This document shows, one piece after another, positions 40,517 through 52,500 of a stretch of 64,000 nucleotides of DNA; within the stretch, counting starts at the first letter, position 1, and every line of letters begins with the position of its first letter. A program made the translations under genes and the position numbers. Source of the DNA: Antechinus flavipes (lineage: Eukaryota); NCBI RefSeq assembly GCF_016432865.1, contig NC_067400.1:147436001-147500000 (forward strand), read 5' to 3'. Below the pieces are notes generated by a model. The model had not been told where the DNA came from. It did no database searches and was given only the letters and a program-made list of their open reading frames with translations.

Positions 40517-40719
40517 GTGATGAAACCAGTGGCTCAGGAAGTGGCAGCGGCTGTATGGATGACATCTGCCCCACCGAATTTGATTTCGTTACCACCGAAG
40601 CACCCCCTGTTGATTCAGATAGGAGAGAAGTGGACTCTTCAGCCCACAAGCTCAGCCACTCACTCCTCACATGGTCCATCCTCTTCCTTGTAGTCTCACT
40701 GCAGAGACAGTGGAGATAA
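40517..40719 (+). CDS. GPC6: Glypican-6, last coding exon (exon 9): heparan-sulfate attachment sites and GPI-anchor signal
   Basis: Acceptor ...ctcctttttgtaatag|GT. Translates (S)[66 protein letters not shown], with four Ser-Gly dipeptides in acidic context, then a hydrophobic C-terminus and TAA. Confidence 0.98.
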
Positions 40720-43700
40720 TCCTGGATTTTGGTCAGATAAACTGAGTTTTAGCTATATGAACAGCCAACTTCTTTTTCTTACACTATTGGACAATGGACC
40801 ATGACACAATACTTACAGTTTTCTATGAGAAGAGAGCAGTACTGCAATCTGCTTCCCTTTTTGTTTTCCCAAAGAGTACCGGGTGCCAGACTGAACCGCT
40901 TCCTATTTCCTTCAGCTATCTGTGTGGAGACCATGTCTATTCTTGAGTGAATTCTTACTCAAATCTTTCTTATCAAGGGACTTTCTTACCTTCATTTGCT
41001 TCTATGCTGCAGAAGTAAAGGGATCTCACATTGTGGGGTTTTTATTTCCTTTCAAAAAAGGGCAGGGAGGAGGTGGTAGGGGAGAGCAAGATGAAAGAAA
41101 ATAATTTTTCTTCAAAAATCAGGCCAAATCCCAAGACTGCTGCATTTTCAACAAACAGGAGGCAAAGGAAGATAGAGAAAAAAAAAGACCCTAAACTATA
41201 TCATTTTTAAACTGATAGCCAGCCCTCTAACATGGGCTTCTTTATGAAAATTCAGGTCTATAAAATGGTCATTGGAAGAAAGGAATTTTTTCTAAGGAAA
41301 AAAAAAGTTGAGAAAATACAGTATGTCTCAGTGGTGAATGTCTTGCACTCTTGGCCACCAACATTATCTAATTGGTTGGAAGGCATGGAAACTGACAATT
41401 AGAAAATAATCTTTAGTAGTAAACCAACACCACAAAGAGTTCAATATTTCCTATTACTTCCATTTAGGATTCACCATTAACCTGCCTAGTACATATTTCA
41501 ATAGTGATACCATTTCCCCTAAACTATTTAGTCTTTTTTTCTTTGTTATTCACTCAGCACAGGAGTTCTCCCTCCTTTGCACCACTTTTGACTAACCTGC
41601 CCTCTAAGATTTGGACTGAAAAATAATATCTATTAAAAGAATTTCTTCATTTTTGCCAACAACCCAACATTCATTCAATTTTTCTGCTCCTGTGCTTACT
41701 ACCTTCCCAAAGTGACAGTTCTTTCAGTGAACTGATAAGTAACTGGATCCATATGCAAGTTTTCATATGTAAGACTTCCTTTGTGTCAGTTGGCTTCTGT
41801 ATCACAAGGGCATTCAATCACAAAACAAATACAACAAAGAAGATTAAAANNNNNNNNNNNNNNNNNNNNNNNNNNNNNNNNNNNNNNNNNNNNNNNNNNN
41901 NNNNNNNNNNNNNNNNNNNNNNNNNNNNNNNNNNNNNNNNNNNNNNNNNNNNNNNNNNNNNNNNNNNNNNNNNNNNNNNNNNNNNNNNNNNNNNNNNNNN
42001 NNNNNNNNNNNNNNNNNNNNNNNNNNNNNNNNNNNNNNNNNAGAAGTGATTTTTTTTTAAATGACCTATGAGCACTGAGAATCAAGAAAGAGAACTTTTT
42101 ATGTATCTAACTGTCATTTTATTAAAAGTTCACCAGAGGACACCCTCTTGCGCATGAATGTGATTTGGCTTGGGGGTGCTCCAGATCAGATAGGGCATAT
42201 GGGGAGATCCAGGTTACTGCAGAATTTGACTGGTGATGACAAATGTGTGCATAAAGAATGTTATTCATTGAAAATTATTGTTTTTTAGGAACAAGGTCTT
42301 TGGTCTAGAATTCCTATTGTGGTTTGGACCCATTGGTTTAATTAGGGGTGAGGAAAGGGAGTTCAAAGCCCTGGCCTAACCATCTGCATCATGAAGACCA
42401 AAATTAGATCCTATCAACCCCTCAAAGGAAAACATGACAAAAAAAAAAAATAAAGATGAACAATAATACCCAGAGGACAGTTAGAAGTAGTTGGGGTGGG
42501 GGAAGTTCCATAAAAATAATTGATTATCCAAGTGTTTCTTGGTTTATATGATGAATCTGGAGTTGGTAAAGTTAGTTTCAGATCCTATAAAGGATTTCAA
42601 TCACATTAAAATTTACAATAATGACATGTAAATGGTATTTTCAATCTCATTTTCTCATCAAAATTATAATTAGTTATTGATTTAGTCACCGCATTTAAGT
42701 AGAATACACACAGCACAATAGTTTTAGGTACACTTAAGCACTTTTACAAAAATAAAGTATTTACAAACTACTGTTGATATATTATGCCTAAGAAATAGGA
42801 AATATAGGTTTTTAAGATTCTGTCTACCACCCTCCTAATTGAAATTTTTTGAAAACTCCAACGCAAATTTCCTATTGCATACTTTTGGAAAAAATCATCC
42901 ATCTGACTTGCCAAACTTTGGCTTGGTATCACCAATTACGTATACAGAGAGCTCTCTGCAGTGACCAATACCTTAAATTACCAACTTCCTTTAAGAATCA
43001 GTATTTTGTTTCTCCAATAATGAAGGTATAAAGAAAATGATACCAATCTGATTTACCAGAATATTTGAGGAAGAGCTGGTTTAGGCAGCTCTGAACTCAA
43101 ATTCTTTTCTTTTACAGTATTTCCTCCTTTTCCTTCTATGAAGTGTATCAAGGAGATGCCTTTTTCCTCATTTTCCCAATACAAATATTATATATTTATA
43201 TGTATGTGTGTATATATATACATGTACATGTATTTATATATATTTTTTTAAAACCTTATCCATTCACATCTGATTAATGACACTGATTAGTTACAGCAAA
43301 TCAACTGTGAAAAAAAAAAGTACCATAATACAAATCACCTTGGGTAGACATGGTCACAACATCACTTAAGTTGTACTTCTTGACTTCTCCCCTGCCATCC
43401 TCTTATGTCATATGATTTTTCATGTCCATTTAAACAGAAAGGCTTTTATTCCACTGTTGGCATGACATCAGCTTAATCTAGATTGCTACCCCCTTTTAGG
43501 AAATCTTTGGAAAGTCTATAAGTTGAGTTCTCTAGTTTCAGAAATTAGTATAGAATAGTGGAGTACAGGAAGAAACTACATGATTTTCCATAATCTGTCA
43601 AACTGATGTTCCCGAAATGTTGTCCATTTGTCTTTACTTCATAACCTTTATTCTAAATAGGGAAGAATCAGTTCCACTGGGCTCATTGAAATCTGGAACT

Positions 43701-45000
43701 AGGAAATAATGAGTGGTGCTCATAAATGCAAACATTTAGATTATTTAAAGTGCCTCTATTTTACATGTTCTTTAGTTATAATATGTATTTTTCTAACAGT
43801 AATACACATATATAATAGGTGTATATTAAACTATGTATATGTTATAGCTAAAGACTAAATGGAGTTTTGTCTTTAGCAGAGAAGAACAATTAGCAAATTC
43901 ATAAATTAGAGTTTGTTTATAATTCTGTTTTGAAGGGTAATGATTTGTTCTTTTACTTAATATTCTATACTTTGAATACAAGGATCAGTTAAAGCCTGCT
44001 TTGAAATATAAGGGATGTGAAATTCTAATGTATTTGTGGAATTCAGACATATTATCTATCATTCACTGACAAACTAACAGTTGTAATGAAGACAAAAATC
44101 ATTTCATCTGAACAAAAATGTGATTTTATTTTGATGATGTCAATGTTAAAATAGCCCTAACTGATGATTTTGAATTGACATTTCCTATTGTAAACATTGG
44201 CCCACATTTGATCTTTACCTGTTATAAGTAGCTATATCATGGCTACAGACTAAACATTAGCTAAAATCTATAACGAGGAAGAACAATTAACAATTGTGGA
44301 TCTGTTTATATTTATATTTGCAAAGTTTAAAAGGTTTTTTTTTTTAAAGTAAGGGGGTAGCTTAACTTGGTTCCTTGTTATAAAATAGAAAATTAGTAAT
44401 AGTTCATACAAATTTTGCTCTTACTTAAATGCTTTCCTTTGGCAATAGAAACATAACTAATATTATATTGATTTGCTAATTGTTCTTTCCTGTTATAGAT
44501 ATTAGTCACTGTTTAGTTTTAGACTGAGACATATATATGTGATATAAAACTGTATGTACACTGGAGCCTTGCTATAACATGGCGTGCTATAGCACAAAAC
44601 TCAGTCTAACAATGTTATCTTTAGCCTTGTCCAAGGTGGGAAGAAGAGGATGTATTTCTTACTGAAAGGACCTTGTAACAACTCATTTTAATGGCATGAT
44701 CCCCACAAATGGCATTATAGTGAGGCTTCAGTGTGTGTATACATAAAATATATGCATTATGTATGTGTACACAGGTCCTTTCCTAACTTTTTATGTGGCT
44801 GTCAATTACTATGCGGGTTATGATTTTGCATTTCTAATTTGGATAGAAAGTTGCCATTAAGCTTGTATGAAAATAGTAAAAAAAAAAAAAAAAAATCTCA
44901 TAGTTGTTTCCACTAACCTTTATGTATTTTTTTCTTAATTCCTATATGGTTTAAGGTTGAGAGGCTTTAGAAGCCATAGTAAAAAAAGAAAAAAAAAATG
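40720..45000 (+). other. GPC6: GPC6 3' UTR (3' end not defined; interrupted by N-gap 41850-42041)
   Basis: Follows the stop codon. Largely repeat-poor and AU-rich, with candidate polyA hexamers at 42121 (ATTAAA), 42449 and 42751 (AATAAA). A multi-kb extent is inferred from the long human GPC6 UTR. Confidence 0.6.
44559..44733. mobile_element. Tc1/mariner (Tigger-like) MITE, probably within the GPC6 3' UTR
   Basis: TIRs CACTGGAGCCTTGCTATAA / TTATAGTGAGGCTTCAGTG (16/19 complementary). Flanked by TA on the left and TG on the right. Confidence 0.65.
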
Positions 45001-46410
45001 GGGCAATTGATTATCTACCACTGTGACAATTTGAATGCATTTAGTTTGGGAAATCATTGACTTTATCCTTACCCCTAGACTCCTTAGGCCAATCCAATGT
45101 ATATGGTTTAAACAATGAAATGGAAAATCCTGTCTCAGTCTCACTTCTAAATTCTTTTCTCCTTCCAGATAAAATGTAGAGCCCTAAGAAAGAATGTTAA
45201 TATTATTTGAGATCAGAAATGGGAAAATAATATGTGGGTGGGAGGAATGAGGAGTAAAGGACAACAATTTTCTAAAACAAAAAAATAGCATTGATTTTTA
45301 GATTGCTAAGATGATATGACTATGCTCATAGGCAGGTTTAAATGACCTGTTAAACATATCACAAGCTATTAATTTCAAATAGCTCACTTCTTAATACAGT
45401 TAACAATGATTTCTTTACTGAAAATATAGTACCATTTCAAAAATATTTTAGTAAAAAATTATAAAATCCCCCAAAGTATAGCATTTACCTGTAAGCAACA
45501 CTATAATTTAAACTCACAACATTAATCTCTGTTTTATCCAGAAAGATAATCATTGAAAAACAAATTAAGGCAACTTTAGAATAACTGAGAAATCTGGATA
45601 TAAATTTCTTTCAGGAAAGAAAGCTAATTGCCTAAGAAGGAAAAAAGGATCCACATGGTGGTTATTGACAGTAATTCCCAGTTTTAAAAAAATCATGAAG
45701 CTAAATGTGCACTTTGGTTTTTCTGAAGAATTAAAAGGGGGTACCACAACATAGCCCACACTCATACAAGAGAAGGTCCTCTGCTTTGACCGTTTCCATA
45801 TTGGTGCTGATCAGACAATGAATGATACATACACAGAAGGACAAGAGGCATAAAAACAGATAATTGAGCATTCTACTACAATGCAACTATTTACTAAGAA
45901 TGAACACATTTCCATTCAATATTTACTTCTATTTAAGAGTCTAATCACATGGGCAATTTCTAGACATGACAGAAAGCTATAAAAGATCTGCCTCTACATT
46001 TCAAATACTGCTGCCCTCCTTATCTTCTTTGTTCACCTTGAAACATAAGGCAGAGCAAGAAAGTGCTTATGAATGTCCCAGATTAAAGTGAAGTAGAAAT
46101 GAGATTCAAATTCAGCTTCTTGGAAATCAAGTCCAATCCAACAATCATTTATTGAGGAACTACTTTATTGCAGGTTACTATATCAGGAACTGAGAGATGT
46201 AAAGGAAAACAAAAATAAGGATATTTTGTTGTTCCAAAGAAAATATCACATGTTAAATATAAAAAAACAAAAGAAAACATAAAGGAAATATTTCTTTTAA
46301 ACCATCTTTCCTTTAATGAGTACTAATATAGATATAATTTAATCAATTGCATGGCTCTGCCACTATACCCATTTATAAGAACCTATTCCATCATTTGAAA
46401 AAGGAGTGGA

Positions 46411-46588
46411 GAGGCAGCTAGGTGTGTGCAGTGGATAGAGCACCAGCTTGAAGTCGGGATGACCTGAGTTCAAATCTAGTCTTAGAGTCAGACACTTACC
46501 ACTTCCTAGCTGTGTAACCCTGGGCAAGTCACTTAACCCCAATTGCCTCAGAAAAAAAAAAAAAGAATAAATAAATAATTTTTTAAAA
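46411..46588 (+). mobile_element. WSINE1-like SINE with TSD
   Basis: SINE body plus A-rich tail, flanked by aaaaggagtgga / aagaagagtgga. Confidence 0.88.
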
Positions 46589-49500
46589 AAGAAGAGTGGA
46601 GCCAGAATCTTGCAAAAAAGAAAATCCAGCTTTTGCATATCTCCTCTCACTTCTTTAACATATAGAGAATCCAAATACTTTTGAGCCCCAGTTACCTTTT
46701 GAAAGAACAGGGTTGATGAAGCAGTTGAGGTACTAGAAGATAAGATTTTCATCTTCCTTAAAGTCTGAGTTGTCTTAAGAAATTTATTTGAGATTGTTAA
46801 ATCAGGGATTGATGAGGGAAGCAAATCCAGCAGTTTATTCATCTTATAACAGAGATGCCCAGAAAATGTATCTAGAGTTTAAAATGCCACTTAATTGGTT
46901 GTTGTTTTCAAAGCACTTGAACATGTAAGGCTTATCTAATTAAATATGGTGTTCTGGTTGCCATGAGCATCTAAAGATATGTAACTCTCAAATCAATGGA
47001 GTTCCCTGTTTTGATTTTACAGCAATTGTAAACTAAGAACTGGAAGTCAGGTCACTGAGCCAGGCAATTTTATGTAATCTTTATAAGGAGAAATTTGGAA
47101 ATCTGAATCATAGATACAGACTATTACTAATGGTTTATTCATATGGAATTACTGAAAAAGTATTTCAAATTGCCTTCGGAAGTCATAGAATTTGGAGGTA
47201 AATGGGACTTTAGAGATCATCTGTTCTAATCTCCTTCCAATTAATTTTTATAGATAAAGAAACTGAGTTCTAAGGGACTGAAACATTGCCCAAGAACCTC
47301 AGACTTGAAACCAGCTTCTCTGATTCCAAATCCAGTGTGGTTTGTTGCTCTTTCCAGTAAACCATCCTGTAACATGATAAAGTTATCTTATTTGAAATAA
47401 GGATTTCTGAGTTTTCTTTAATTTCATGGCATTTGTTGTTTTCAAATTAAATGCATGGAAGAGAGTTTTTTTTTTTTTAAACTCAGGAATGATCATTTCC
47501 TTTTCATTCAGTTCAGTGACGTTCTAACTGCAAACTCATTTAAAAAGTTGAGATCTGATCAACTATCTGTCAGTATGACCCCCCAAAATTAGTTTTGCTT
47601 TATTTTTATTCACTGCCATGACCAACATAAAACAGATCTAGACACCTAAAGAAACAGTTTCAAGAGTCTTTTATGACTTGTTCAATCTTGCCTTAATGAC
47701 AGTTTGATTCCAAGTTAAAATGAAGATCAGGGCATGGACAATTAGTTTTTAGTTTGTAGACTTAGAAATGAAAGGACACTTGGAGACTTTCTGCTCCAAC
47801 TCCCTCTTGAGACAGATGAGAAAACAGATGAGATCCAGAGAAATTAACTGACTTGTTCAAAGTCACCCAAGTACATGGACCTTTCCTCTAGACTAAACTT
47901 TGGAAAGCAGGTGCCATTTCAGATTACATGCTGAATCTGTTTCTTCTGAGACCATTGAGTTTTGAGTATGTCTTCTTCACAATAAGACACAATTTCAATA
48001 TCCTCTTAACAGTTATGACTTCCATTTTGGCTTTGAGGCTAGGTGGTCCAGTCACAAAAGAAAGCCCCATCTTTCTAATTTCTTGAAACTGCACTAAATG
48101 TTTGGCTCTGTGACAGCTTTCTTAGAATACCTCGACTCAACTACTCCAAATATATCTTTGTATTGCCATAGTGTTACATGAGCCTGGCACACAGTAGGCA
48201 CTTAATGCTTTTTGATTAATTGGTTTAAAACACATCCCATCTACTGTTGAATTCCACCACACACGAGCACATATACAAATTAGTTAAAACAATCAAGGAA
48301 TCAGAGACTTGGCAGCAAAAACAGTCTAATGAAAAATTTAACTTAGCAAATTCACAAAAACAAATGCAAACTAAATTTCTATTCCTTTTTCTTTGCTACA
48401 GAAGAAACTTCAGACATTGTTTAAACCTCTTATTTCTTTAAAGTGGGCCCCCAAAGCCATAGAGATTTTAGCATAAACCAATCTCTCAGCATCCCAATTC
48501 TGAATTATAAAAACATCAGACTAACAGGTATAACTAAATGAACCCTCTAGGAATGAATTCCCTTATATCTCTGATAATAGACTGACAATCTGAAAGTCAT
48601 CTAATTCACCTTCTGCTCTGATTTGGGGTTTAGGGTTTTTTTTTTTTTTGTCTTAACTTAAAATTTCACTAGGGTATTTTTTAACTCTAAATGAAGAAAT
48701 TCTCTCTTCTAATGCAATTTGACAACTATTCTGCAACTTGCAGTCTTAAAGATAAGTGCCTGAGGCACTGAGAAGTTAGTTAGTTGTGTAGTTTGCACAG
48801 TCACACAGACAGTATTTGAACACAGATTTCCTTGACTAAAGTGGAAAAAAAATTTTTTTCACCAATGTGAAAAATTAGAAGTGCCCAAATTATATTAAGC
48901 CAAAGAAGTTACATCTAAACATAGCTTTGTTAAGAGTTTTAATGACACAAAAGTGATTATTATCATTATTTGTATTGCCATTTCATATCAATTAGCAACT
49001 TAAAGCTGTTTTTGCTAGTTAGAATTCTCATCTGATTAATATGTCAAAATTTATGGGTGATGCACACATTAATCTTTAAGAAGCATATTTTTCCTTCAAA
49101 TAGTAGAAAAGAAAGCTTCATAAAATTACAAAATATTCTAAGCCTTTGGATTTAGGAATATTCCTCATAGAAAAAAATTAAGATGACTTCTCCCCATATC
49201 CCCAGTAGACACATATACATATACATGTCCCTTTCAGATTCTCCATACTATTCTCTGAAATATTCTTCCAACTTGTTCTTTCATGTCATGGGGAGTTTCA
49301 CTGAAAGTAACATTAAGTTATGCATTATTAAAAGATTCAGATTTTTTTGCATTATTTTCTCAAGTTGGAAAATCCTTGAAACTCACAGGCCAAAAAAAGT
49401 CCTATTTATATTTGACAGTACAATGGCAATCAATGAAAACTTAAGAGGGAAATAGAACAAAATTCTCTGAGATCATTTTACAGATGATGAAACTAAGGAC

Positions 49501-52500
49501 CAAAGAAGTTAAATGAGATGCCAAAGATGACAACTTTTAGTAGTGGCAGAATTAGTATCAGAATACATACATATATAGAACTATACAACATATATCACCC
49601 ACATTTTAATAAATTTCTGAATTGGATGGGAATTCTCAAATGTTGTGGAAAAACTTTGAGTTTGGTAAACTAAAAGAATGCAGCAGCTCTTCATCATTAG
49701 TTTTATGTCTATAGACTGCATTTTTGAGATTGCTTTGAAGACATTGTTTTGAGAATGTTCAAGGAACTATGGGGAAAGTTCAATCAATGGAAAAATTCTG
49801 CCAATGAAATAGCCATTTGGCCTAAGTTTTGCATTTCACTTTATGTTATGTAGACATGGTTTTAAAGTTCTTTGATTATAACATTAGAGCTTAAATTATT
49901 AAAAATAGGCAACACTTCCTTCTACTCTTATGCCAAAAAGATATGTTTCCTAGCTTTCTTTCTGATCTCTACAACTGAGCCAGGTATTTTTTTAATCCCT
50001 GCACATCATGAAAGCCCTTGAGGACTTGTTCAATAAAACATTGGTGAAATTCCAGAAGCCACACACTCCACCAATCATTACTACCAGCTTCATAGGAAGT
50101 GTCTCCATTTTTGGAGTATTATCCCACTCAGATTTATTGTTCTGCCATCTTTGTCCAGATGTAATCTTTAGTCAAATTAGTAATAAAATGGCTAAAATTA
50201 GCAAACTTCTCCATTCACCAAGAGTAAACTCCAGCTATTTCCACAGTCAATTTATACTCAAATAAATATATTTGCTACCTTATGTAAGGGGGGGGTTGAA
50301 GAGTTCCACCCCAACTTTAATTATTCTATGTGCCCATCTATGAAAAATAACCAGCCCAACGCCATGTATTCTGTAACTAGCCTTCCTATTTAACTTTCCT
50401 CTACTTATCTACTATATTTGAAGAATTTGTGAAATCAAAAACTTGAGAAATAATTCTGACCTTGTCAAGTATATAATCCTAACCACAAATTTCTTGCTCC
50501 ATCCTTTAGTACTCTATAGCTTCAAATGTATCAAGTACTCATTTTTATTCCAGTCTCCTCTTTATGTAATTTTGCTAGACTCTCCCAAAGGACAGACGCA
50601 TACATGATAATTACCATACCCTGAGCAGTTAGTTGCTAAATCTGTTTCTTTTGCTGTCACTGAATAGATGTGCTTTAGATTCATTTAAGTATGTCTTCTT
50701 CACCTTGCCAATCTCAATGTCCTTTAACAGTTATGACCTCCATTTTGACTTTGTGGCTAAATGGTCCAATTCTGTAAGAAAAACCCATGTTTTTTACTTT
50801 CTGATATCAAGCTAAATATCTTACATGGCCCTGTGAGAGTTTTCCTAACTCAACTAATCCAAAGTTGCCAAGGCTTGAGGTAAAAGATAGCTCTTACTAA
50901 TCCCCAACAAATTAAAGAACATGGTAGAGAGGTGGAAGTGATAGTCAGACTGCTAGAGCAAGAAGGACACGACACTAAGACTTTCAGTTCATCAGAGGAT
51001 CCAATAGGCTCTTCATTTGCCTGTTCCTAAAAGATGCATTCTCCTCCTGGAAAAGAATGGGGTTGTCTTAGTCTAGAAATGACTGGATCAACAGGGCTAG
51101 AGTATGTTGTTAAAAAAAAAAAAAAAGCTCCATATTCTGGATGCTCATGAATTCAATTGAATTCAATTTAAAAAGTATTTGACAGGTACCTACTCTATGC
51201 ACAATGCTGTGCTAGATCTAGACAAAATATTTAAAGATGTTCTTTAGCATGAAATGAGAAGGGGTAAGGTCATTTTTTTTTCTTGGAAATAATAAGAATG
51301 TGTGGTATACTGTAAACAAAGTATATAAAACCAGCAAATGACCGTCTGTTTTCATATATACTATGACTTCATCATGACTTTAAAAAGTGGTATTACCTGT
51401 CCTGTCTCCAGAAAGGAAAAATGTTCATGAAGTTTCCAAAATCTGTGTATAGTCTCTGTGTTCATGCTAGGACAATTGATCAAATGAGGCCCTGTTTTTT
51501 CTCAACTCCACATGCTCTGAAAAATCAAACAGGGCAAAATATTGATTACCAGAGCTCTTGTTCAATTTTAAAATCTTGATGATATCCAAACATAAACCAT
51601 AGGAGCTTTGCTCTGACTATTTATGGTATTATCTGACCCTTTGACTGCTTTATAATCATACTCCTCCTATCTATTATCCAGTATATAGGAGCCTGAACTC
51701 TATTATCTAGATCTCCACCATAAATCTCTCCAACTACTGAGTTTTCTTAATCACAATTCTTTTCTTAGCTAGCACAGCATCAGAAAGTTTGGATGGAAAA
51801 GAACAGGGACAAAGTTAGGGGAGGGGGACAAAGAAGCATTCTCATTTCCTAAGGAAAATAGGAAGATGGTGTTTAACATTTCCTAAATGCTCTCCATTGG
51901 ATCTACTGCCCATTTACCTCTTCATTTATCTCTAACTCATTATTAACTTGGATGGAATAAGGCAACTCCAGAAGCCGTGATCATTAATGTAAATACCATT
52001 TGTTCCTAGAAGACTTGCTTTTGCTGCTATGTTTTTCATACTTGTTGAATTCATTGATATTTCATGCCAAATACTTTATAGACAGCATTTGGAAATCACA
52101 AAGCAGCTAGACCATGAAAGGCTATGCTCCCATCCATCAGGAAATGGAGTCTTACTGCAGGGATGTTTTGTATTTGCTTTACATTCATTATGAGTTTCTA
52201 GCTGAGCCTGCTTTTCTCCTCAAATATTGAAGACAGAGAGAACTAATGACATTCTGCTAACACAGACTCATGCTGGTAATTTTACATCTTCTGAAAGGAT
52301 TGCATAGATGCCATTAAAAGAATTGCATTTGACAGCTGGGGCCATCAGGCCAGATGTGCTATCGGGTTATTAGACAAAGGAGGTCCTCAAAGACTTTTTA
52401 GGTAAAATTTGAAAAGTCATTACTTTATAAGATTGTCTAACTAGATGTCCCATAAATGCTTAAAACACATAGGAGACGTGCAATCAGATTGAGAAAATGT

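Noticed and set aside
46363-46842. 159-aa minus-strand ORF
   Set aside because: Reads through an antisense WSINE1-like SINE and A/T runs; no domain.
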